Source: Rhynchobatus australiae (Eukaryota). Taken from it: a DNA stretch of 64,000 bases. The notes under the pieces were generated by a model, which was given only the letters and a program-made list of their open reading frames with translations, was not told where the DNA came from and did not search any database. Each line of letters starts with the position of its first letter. The first letter of the stretch is position 1. Both the position numbers and the translations under genes were made by a program. This document shows, in pieces, positions 25,801 to 64,000 of this stretch. Location: NCBI GenBank assembly GCA_034780895.1, contig JAUZTB010000062.1, positions 18,561,967-18,625,966 on the forward strand, given 5' to 3'.

Positions 25801-27366
25801 NNNNNNNNNNNNNNNNNNNNNNNNNNNNNNNNNNNNNNNNNNNNNNNNNNNNNNNNNNNNNNNNNNNNNNNNNNNNNNNNNNNNTGAGCCTAACATCAGT
25901 GGTGGGTAAGTTACTGGAGGGGAGTCTGAGAGACAGAATCTATCACAAGACAAAGGAGCAGAAGCAGGCCATTTGGCCCATCAAGTCTATCCACATTTGG
26001 AAAGGCAAGGACTGATTAGGGATAGCCAGCATGGCTTTGTGCATGGGAAATCACACCTCACGAATTTAATTGAGTTTTTTGAAGGGGTGACCAAGAGGAT
26101 TGATGAAAGCAGGGCAGTACACAATGTCTACATAGATTTTAGCAAGGCTTTTCACAAGATCCTGAATGTTAGGCTGGTCTGATAGGTTACATCACATGAG
26201 ATCCAGGGTGAGCTAGCCAATTGGATACAAAATCACTTTGGTGGAAGGAGACCAGGGTGGTAGTGGAATGTTATTTTTCAAAATGGGGGCCTGTGACCAA
26301 TGGAATGATGCTGGGATTGATGCTGGGTCCCCCGTTATTTGTCATACATATATTAACGATGTGGATGAGAATGTAGGCGGCATGATTAGCAAGTTTGCAG
26401 ATGACACCAAAACTGGTAGTGCAGTGGACAGTGAAGAAGGTTGTATAAGNNNNNNNNNNNNNNNNNNNNNNNNNNNNNNNNNNNNNNNNNNNNNNNNNNN
26501 NNNNNNNNNNNNNNNNNNNNNNNNNNNNNNNNNNNNNNNNNNNNNNNNNAGTTTACAACAGGATCTCGGTCAACTGGGGAAGTGGGCAAAGGAATGGCAG
26601 TTGGAATTTAACTCAGACAAATGCAAAATGAAGCATTTTGGGAAATCAAACCAGGGCAGGGCATACACAGTAAACGACAAGGCCCTGGTGAGTGTTGTAC
26701 AACAGAGAGGCCCTGGGGTACAAGGGCATAGTTCCCTAAAGTGGCGATACGGGTGGACAAGTTAGTGAAGAAATCTTAAGCGCAAAACCGTATCTGAATG
26801 TCTCGCCAAGTCCTCACCTGGTTTTGGACCAATGATATCCAGGTCTGAAAGAGCAGATCCAGTCTGGCTTTGTGATACTTTCGTGTAGTTTTCACCGCAA
26901 TAAAAATGTCACTGAGTTGCATTTTATGCTTGCCGGACCCCGTGTAAATGTTGTGCAAGGGGGCGTCCCACAACAGCACTGCAGTGTCCTCCTCGGATGT
27001 AGGACCAGCCTGATCTCTCTGTGGTGGGTTGTTCACAGGCCCTTTCTCTTTAACGTGAGTCCGAAGAGGTCTGGCTGGTTTTGCAAACTGGTGCCAGCTA
27101 TGTCCCCTTTCTGCTGCAGTGCTGGAGTACGTCCTGGACCTCCCAGGTGAGGTTCCAGCCCGTTTCTCCTCCTGGAAGATGCTTCTATCCTGGCTTGCAT
27201 TGCCAAACCTTTTAGGGGACTGTCTGAACGGTTGTTCGGAGTTTGAGAGCTGCAGATCCTGGCGTCCCCACTGTTGGAGCCCCACCAGGAGCAGAAGTGA
27301 AGTGCAGAGAGTCAAACAGAGCAGGAAACAGAGTTTACTGTTTGCAGAGCCGCGTAAACGCATCAT
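4739..27366 (-). CDS. RFNG: Radical fringe O-fucosylpeptide beta-1,3-N-acetylglucosaminyltransferase, complete 8-exon CDS: complement(join(4739..4811,6197..6282,8568..8733,11521..11606,13686..13839,16523..16625,17873..17921,26818..27366))
   Basis: Exons assembled by hand with consistent phases give 1266 nt = 421 aa + TAG. All visible boundaries are GT-AG; the exon 2 donor falls in an N gap. Fringe motifs are present: [19 protein letters not shown] (DxD), [35 protein letters not shown]. The N-terminal SKLCFLL anchor and the head-to-head position with GPS1 favour RFNG over LFNG/MFNG. Confidence 0.95.
6197..6282 (-). CDS. RFNG: RFNG exon 7
   Basis: tgttttag|GTT; [28 protein letters not shown]; donor CG|gtacag; 86 nt. 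Confidence 0.94.
6480..7460 (+). mobile_element. Degenerate non-LTR retrotransposon, RT to 3' tail
   Basis: LDIKAAFD at about 6720, PQG-like and FTDN (FADD-like) remnants, tail ...aattagaaatgtgaaataaattctgaccctgcctatgacatccacatcc. Confidence 0.7.
7861..7933. repeat. Near-perfect inverted repeat (hairpin) in RFNG intron 6
   Basis: agttctgtctgagtagcataatgcttatttagg pairs with gctgagtaagcattatgctactcagagagaact: 29/33 Watson-Crick, plus two G-U on the + strand. Confidence 0.9.
8568..8733 (-). CDS. RFNG: RFNG exon 6 (catalytic RLPDDCT)
   Basis: ttaacag|C TTT; [55 protein letters not shown]; donor CAG|gtcagg; 166 nt. Confidence 0.96.
11060..11375 (-). mobile_element. Deu-domain SINE fragments
   Basis: gatttaacatccatccgaagga...ctggag..ggttggaaccca and the tail aaagac..catttatat..ccaaggtgctttgcag..gtacttttgaagt. 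Confidence 0.45.
11521..11606 (-). CDS. RFNG: RFNG exon 5
   Basis: tctgttag|ACC; [28 protein letters not shown]; donor AG|gtactg; 86 nt. Confidence 0.95.
12015..12215 (+). mobile_element. Penelope-like terminal repeat fragment with hammerhead-like core
   Basis: gtcCTGAAGAagggccctgacccGAAAc followed by agatgctgcctgacctgctgagttcttccagca. The same family recurs at about 19600(-), 22880, 24560, 28480(-), 35140 and 40410. Confidence 0.6.
13040..13640 (+). mobile_element. CR1-clade LINE 3' fragment (gapped)
   Basis: gagaaatttctttactcagagggtggtgaatcattggaattctct ([10 protein letters not shown]-like) and a typical CR1 3' tail. Confidence 0.75.
13686..13839 (-). CDS. RFNG: RFNG exon 4 (DDD metal-binding motif)
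   Basis: ttttctag|A TGG; [51 protein letters not shown]; donor TCG|gtaagt; 154 nt. Confidence 0.96.
13921..14115 (+). mobile_element. V-SINE (HE1-like) 5' part, runs into gap
   Basis: tRNA-like head plus V-domain ggagtttgcatgttctccctgtgacc..gtttcccc. Confidence 0.65.
14760..15470 (+). mobile_element. CR1/HER1-type LINE 3' fragment
   Basis: [35 protein letters not shown] remnants; tail gggccaaagggtctggttctatgctgtacaactctatgact. Confidence 0.85.
16523..16625 (-). CDS. RFNG: RFNG exon 3
   Basis: tttgtttag|GA GGC AAC ATG...; [33 protein letters not shown]; donor AA|gtaagc; 103 nt. Confidence 0.95.
17873..17921 (-). CDS. RFNG: RFNG exon 2
   Basis: Acceptor ttctttccaccag|ACA; [17 protein letters not shown], 49 nt. 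The donor is hidden in the adjacent N gap, but the phase fits exon 3. Confidence 0.9.
18166..18455 (+). mobile_element. Full-length tRNA-derived V-SINE
   Basis: A box TAGTGTAGCTG, B box GGTTCAATTCC, V-domain gttctccccgtg..gcgtgggtttcctc.gggtgctc.ggtttc..cccacattccaaagac, tail tgtacatgtgactaataaa. Highly similar to the copy at 43018. Confidence 0.9.
19810..20135 (+). mobile_element. 3' end of the same LINE family as 6480-7460
   Basis: Colinear with about 7150-7460 (SWN.L motif, ttctcaagg.taatt..gggcaacaaacactggccatgccag tail). Confidence 0.7.
20640..21700 (+). mobile_element. Old CR1 LINE 3' fragment interrupted by a Rex1/Babar insertion
   Basis: gtagaatacaaaa..gaagattga..gatttggtagaa remnants at 20640-21120; the tail resumes at about 21611 (catggacttgatgggcttaatgg). 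Confidence 0.55.
21125..21610 (-). mobile_element. Rex1/Babar-clade LINE 3' fragment
   Basis: [57 protein letters not shown] is the characteristic Rex1/Babar C-terminal region. Confidence 0.88.
25020..26772 (+). mobile_element. CR1-clade LINE ORF2 (RT) fragment in RFNG intron 1, antisense to RFNG
   Basis: [82 protein letters not shown]; stops and frameshifts present. Confidence 0.93.
26818..27366 (-). CDS. RFNG: RFNG coding exon 1 (TM anchor, long stem, start of catalytic domain)
   Basis: [30 protein letters not shown]...[31 protein letters not shown], then donor CAG|gtgagg; 549 nt, phase 0. Confidence 0.93.
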
Positions 27367-27650
27367 CTGTGCTCAGCCCGAGCCCCCGGGGGCGAAGGAG
27401 CTGCACTGCGGCAGGTCCAAAACTGGTCCCATGTCTGATCGGACCCTTGACTGCCTTCCACCACTCTCAGACAATCTGCTGTCACAACCTCCCACTCTTG
27501 CTGAGACCAGCTCGTTGGCAGCACTGTTTGTTTCCAATTCAGAGGATCAACAAGCAGACAGACAGCGAACAAGAGTACACAAGCTCCCGGTGAGTTCAGC
27601 CCTTTGAATTGGATCGCCACCTCACGTGGAGGACCAAGCTGCTACCAAGT
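27367..27650 (-). promoter_or_regulatory. GC/CpG-enriched RFNG 5' leader / proximal promoter
   Basis: CpG-containing GC-rich stretch directly upstream of the RFNG ATG, ending abruptly in AT-rich DNA; CACGTG E-box near 27623. The TSS cannot be determined. Confidence 0.45.
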
Positions 27651-28479
27651 CTATTTTACACAGTGTAGTTTGATGTTCATTTTCTATTATACACAGTGAA
27701 GCTTCCTATATGTTTGCATTTCTCGTTTGCGTGCCTGATAGGTTCATTTTTTAAATTTTTAAATATTTTTTCTAATGGGTCTAATTTTAAGAATAACTTT
27801 CTTACATGTAGGTTTCTTCAAATGATAAAATATGTCTGAATTTGTATTATTATTTTGAATTTGGAGTCAGAATGCACAGCACCCACCAGTTTTGGTCAAG
27901 TTCTGTCTGGAAGGTTATGCTGCCAGTGCTATAGCTTCGTTAATGGACTGTAAATCTTAACTCTGCTGATATTGAGAACAGTCCTTTCCAAACGTCAAGT
28001 GCCAAAAAATTTAAACAGGTGAACATAGTATCATAAAACTATAACTAGAAATATAAATGGTACAATGAATTCCAACAATTCTGACAAATTCAGAATTAGT
28101 TTGTAAGTTAATTTGTGGGAGAAAGAATGTAAAGTTAAACAATAGGTTTTAATGTTAGAAAAGATGATGAGTTGGCCACAGTGGCTTTGTAAAGCCTAAA
28201 TGCTGGAAGTCTTATGGTCATGTGAGGAATATGGCACTTGCTGTTCACTAATTGATGAATTAAAACAAAATATTTGGGTGTACTTTCATGAAGGATAGCT
28301 TCATATTGTACAATACATTGAAAACACTTCAACTAGCAAACGCTTGCTGGTCGTCAAATCTCAAGTAATTATTTCTATTTAACTCTGATTTTCCTGTTCT
28401 ACATGTTTGTATTTAGCTATATTTCCATTGTTTCTTCTGCCATCAGTTGATCCTTGCAACTTCTCAGTCAGGATGAATG

Positions 28480-29045
28480 TATAGTGACAGACAATCTGCT
28501 GGTGGAAGTTAGTGGGTCGAGCAGCATGTGTGTGGGGAAAAGGAATTGTTGATGCTTCGGGTTGAAACCCTGCATCGGGACTAAGAGTGAAGAGGGGAGA
28601 TAGCCAATATAAAGAGGAGGGAGTGGTCAGACAGAGCCAGAAGTGAATGGCGGACCAAAGAGGGGTTAATGATGACAGGCAGATTGCGCCAGGAGTTGGA
28701 AGACAGAGACAGGTGGATGATAGCTGGAGGCAGACAAATAAAGGAGGCAGATGGAGCCAGATGGTGTGGTGTGGTGGGTAGAGGAGAGGGGAGAAGAGAA
28801 GTTAGAGATAGCCATGATGATGATAAGCAGGAACACAAAGGGTACCAGTGCTGGAATCTGATAATTAAGGAAGGTTATAATGGGAATGATTAGGGGAGAA
28901 GTGGAGGGCAGCCAGAACCAGATGGGGAGGGGGAGTGAGCCAGTGGGTGAAAGGTGTAGGTAGTAGGTGGTAGTAGGTCTCATTCCCAGGAGGGGGAGGA
29001 GGATGAAAAAGGGGTGATGTGGGGGGGGGGGGGGGGAGGGGACAA
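28480..29045 (-). mobile_element. Penelope-like terminal repeat / purine-rich repeat between RFNG and GPS1
   Basis: The minus strand reads as a pyrimidine-rich body then agtcccgatgcagggtttcaacccgaagcatcaac..atgctgctcgacccactaacttccaccagcagattgtctg; same family as 12015 and 35140. Confidence 0.6.
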
Positions 29046-30334
29046 AAATGTGAAGATTGAGGTACAATTTGTTTTTCGGTTAGGTCAAGGTCAAGTTTAG
29101 TCCCAGGATGAAAAGTGTACAAACTTTGGTTGCACAGATCTTGCTCTGGACTCCAGAAGCAGTACCTTTATGGTGCATTGGCATCACATAGATTTCTTTC
29201 CTCCTGATTGGATTCCATTTGTCATAAAACTAAAATACCTTTTATTTCCTAATTGCTTATTATGCGTGTATGTTAAGTTTATAAGATTCATATACAAGGA
29301 TCCCAAAGACTCCTTAATTACCAATATTTTCCCAAATCTCATCTTTAAAAGAAAAATCAGCATTTTTTTCTTCTTACAGATGTGGATATGTTCTATTCCA
29401 TTTGACATATCAATACTCTCTCACATCACTTTGCAGCTTTTGGTGTCCTGCTTCCTTTCTCATCATCTTCCACAGACATAGCGTCATAATAAACTATGCA
29501 TTTACTACTTAGAATGTACACTTTTAAGCAAAGACATTCAGGCCAAGTGGTCCATCGCAGATAAGTTAGGTAAACTCATAAGGGATGAATAAGATTATGC
29601 TGAAAGTGTTAGACAAAGAGGTTGCTGTACTTATGGGCAAGTAAAATCGTTTTTACATCTTGGCTTATATTCTATTTTATTCAAGTAAAATAATGCATGA
29701 TTTTATGCCAAAACAATATTCTGGCATGATCTTCTTCAACACATCACTTATCTATCTAAAGAATAATGAAAACAAACCAAACTGCCTTGTTTTATACATG
29801 ACTATTTTCATCTTGATTTCCCTAGTCATCACAAAACTGTTTGTAAGCTTAGTGCTTTAGATTATTTTTTCTCTACTGTATTGCATGTCAATGTAACAAA
29901 ATTCAAAGCTGACATTATATATAAAAGGAATGCACAATAAACTGGAATAAGATATATCCATCAACCCATCAAAGCTCAAGTTTGCCTCATCATGGAATCT
30001 GAAGGAACTAATTAAACTTTCAAAATGGTAAGACTCACTAAGTTTCTCAAGGACTTAGTAAATTCAAGAATGTGACACTGAGCCTTTTCCCAAGTGATGA
30101 ACAGAATTCAGTAAATGCTGTTTCTATGTCATCAGATGTGCAGGAAACATCCTCTCCACATCCACCATTTCTAGAGTCCAGATTGTTTCATTATCTAGAT
30201 CTATAGTCAAATTGAACAAAAATACTTGAGTTATTTCTGAAGAGATGTGAAAAATGTGCCACCATATTGGAAGAAGTAACATTGCTGGGATTGAACCAAT
30301 GGATGTGTTATACTTAGATTTCCAGATAGCAAGT

Positions 30335-31445
30335 TCATTCACATAAATAAAAGCTCACAGTATAGGAGATAAGGTATTGGCATGGTAAGAAGATTTATTG
30401 TCTAAAATGAAACACAAAATAGGCATAAATGGTCTTTTTTTTCTGGTTGGCAAGATATGATAAGTGGTGTGACACAGGCATAATACTGAGGCCTCAATGT
30501 GTTATTTATATAAATGACTTGGATGAAGGCATTAAAGATATAGTTGCTAAGTTTGCTGATGACATAAAAGTAGATAGGGAAGTAAGCTGTAGAGAGGATA
30601 TTAGGAGGTTAGAAAGGGAGGTAGGTTAGTAGGTTAAGTGAGGGGCCAAAGATCTGGTAAATAGAGTATAATGTGGGCAAAATTTGAACTTGTCCATTTC
30701 CATTTTGGCATGAAAAATAGAAATGAATTAAATTATCTAAATAGTAAGAGATTGTAAAGCCCAGAGATGCAGAAGAATCTGGGTGTCCTAGTGCACAGGA
30801 AAGCCAAAAGAATGTTATCATTTATTTCTAGGTAACTGAATGCAAAAATAGTGGATTTATTCTTCAGTTTTAAAGAGCACCGGTGGAGAACTGTATACAG
30901 TATTGGTCTCCTTATTTTAGGAAGGATGCTAATGCATTCAAAGCAATTCAGAGGTGGTTTACTAGATCAATGCCCAGAATGGGTGGGTCATTTAATGAGG
31001 AAAGGTTGGATAGGCTAGGTTTATATCTGCTGGGGTTTAGAATAATGAGAAGGGACTTAATTGAAACATTTAAGATCCTGAGATGTCTTGACAGGGTGAA
31101 TGTTGAGAGGATGTCTTCTCTTGTGGGAGAACTTAGAAGAAGGGGTGATTTTCTAAAAATAAGTGGTTAGCCATTTAAAACAGAGTTAAAATTATTTTTT
31201 CTCTTAGAGTTGTGAAACAATGGAACTGTCTTCCTCAAAGGGAGGTGGATGCAGAACCTTTGAATATTTTTAAGGCAGAGATGGAAAGATTGTTAATAAG
31301 CAAGGGGATGAAAGATTACCATGGGTAAAAGGGAATTCGAAGTTGAACTTACAGATTGATAAGCTATAAATTTATTAAATAATGGAGATCACTTGAGAGG
31401 CTGAGTGGCCAACTTCTGCTCCTAATTCATATGTTTGTATGTTTC
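30335..31445 (+). mobile_element. CR1-clade LINE RT-to-3' fragment
   Basis: IYINDLDEG..AKFADDIK, CIQYWSPYFRKD, RRDLIETFKIL; tail gaggctgagtggccaacttctgctcctaattcatatgtt. Confidence 0.88.
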
Positions 31446-31660
31446 CCTATTTATTTATCCTTATTTGTTTTCTAACTAATAATGGCTTAACCACAGAACT
31501 ATTTGAAAACTAACATATTTAAATTCACTAGTTTTGAAATCAGGACCCCATCCTAATCTCCCGAAGGCAGCTTCAGCTTCCTAACAAAAAAGATTACTGT
31601 AGAAATATTTTTCAAATACACAAGAAGACAAGAACAAAATAAAGCTGTCTGCAGAGGGAC

Positions 31661-31768
31661 TATTCTACTGACCATCTCACTGGGATATGAGATACTACTT
31701 TCAGAGCTTGTGATTACTCTACTGACCATCTCACTGGGATGTGAGATACTACTTTTAGACCTTGTGAT
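31661..31768. repeat. Tandem duplication, 2 x 54 bp
   Basis: ta(t/c)tctactgaccatctcactgggat(a/g)tgagatactacttt(c/t)aga(g/c)cttgtgat repeated at 31661 and 31715. Confidence 0.9.
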
Positions 31769-32145
31769 GATGCAGAACAGCCACAATGTGAAAGAGAAAA
31801 GTCTGTGACATTTTATTGCCTTTTATGAATTCGCAAACTTTTTTTCAATATGGTTTAAATCCTCCTTTACTTTATCACAACTACCTAGTACATAAAACGA
31901 CAAAGTTGCAACTTTAAATGATGTGGGTTCACCAACCTCCATCTCTACACTGGGACAAAGTTACTCTGCCCCCATCTTTGTGCGGGGCAGAAATGTCCTC
32001 GACCAGACAACTGGCGTAGACGTTCCGTTCGAACGTCATGACGCACCTCCCCCGACTCAGGAGTTTGACCTGTCACCCCAGTGATGAGAGTGCCCGGATG
32101 CGGAGCTGCTCTGTGGCCGCTTAGAGTTGCTGAATGAGGGAGAAA

Positions 32146-63443
<31,298 letters not shown>

Positions 63444-64000
63444 GTATATGAAGAAGATATCACTTGGTAATGCATGGTATCTTTCTCTTAATTATTTATT
63501 AGTTGTAAAATACTCAATTATCACTATTTATATCAATCATTTATTTTAAAGGAGTCATATTTGTTTGTATTCTGAATGCGCCACTCCTTCCTGACTGTAC
63601 CAACCATATTTTGGAATTTGAGATCACTGATTTAATAGTAAAATGTATTTTATAAACACTTCTCTAAAAATGTACAGTAATAAAATGTTGTAGTTGTCTT
63701 TATTAAATTGTACTGTATGCTAATAAAATTGAGAAGATATTTGAGTGGAAAATGTCCATTATTCTACATTCTTCAGACACTTAAAATTGTCACATAGTGA
63801 CTACTTCCTGATGCATCCAAATTTTTTTAACCTCTAGATTTACCTATTCCCACAGACTTCTGGCTCCCTTGTTCTACCCTCCATTAACCTGAGGTAATCT
63901 AAATTCTGCCCTTACTTGGACTAAGTCAGTTCACCGGCAATCCTGTGCCCCAAATTCACTCACTACACCATTGGTGCCCTGTTTTATACTGCCAGGGTCA

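Noticed and set aside
25739-25930. Identical 46-bp direct repeat flanking a 100-N gap
   Set aside because: Overlapping contig ends around a placeholder gap. The LINE reads continuously when the copies are merged, so this is an assembly artefact.
27119-27607. 162-aa and 116-aa plus-strand ORFs overlapping RFNG exon 1
   Set aside because: Antisense shadow ORFs in GC-rich coding/leader sequence; non-ATG starts and no recognisable homology.
29010-29042. Poly-G tract / G-quadruplex potential
   Set aside because: Part of the purine-rich repeat body; similar C/G runs occur in other copies of the family.

Overview
Vertebrate genomic DNA from a gapped draft assembly. The repeat repertoire (CR1/HER1-type LINEs, V-domain and Deu-domain SINEs, Penelope-type termini) points to a cartilaginous fish, probably a ray or skate; this is an inference. 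Two intron-rich genes lie head-to-head. Radical fringe (RFNG) is complete on the minus strand: 8 coding exons, 27366->4739, 1266 nt, 421 aa. GPS1/CSN1 (COP9 signalosome subunit 1) is on the plus strand: 11 constitutive coding exons from 32146 plus a 198-nt frame-preserving alternative exon at 40085-40282, and it runs off the right edge. Introns and the intergenic spacer are full of decayed LINEs (CR1, L2, RTE, Rex1/Babar), SINEs, a Tigger-like MITE and small tandem duplications. The most notable observations are the Met-less GPS1 alternative exon, a near-perfect 73-107 nt hairpin in RFNG intron 6, and several dispersed repeat copies carrying minimal hammerhead-ribozyme-like cores. I found no clearly novel multi-gene system.
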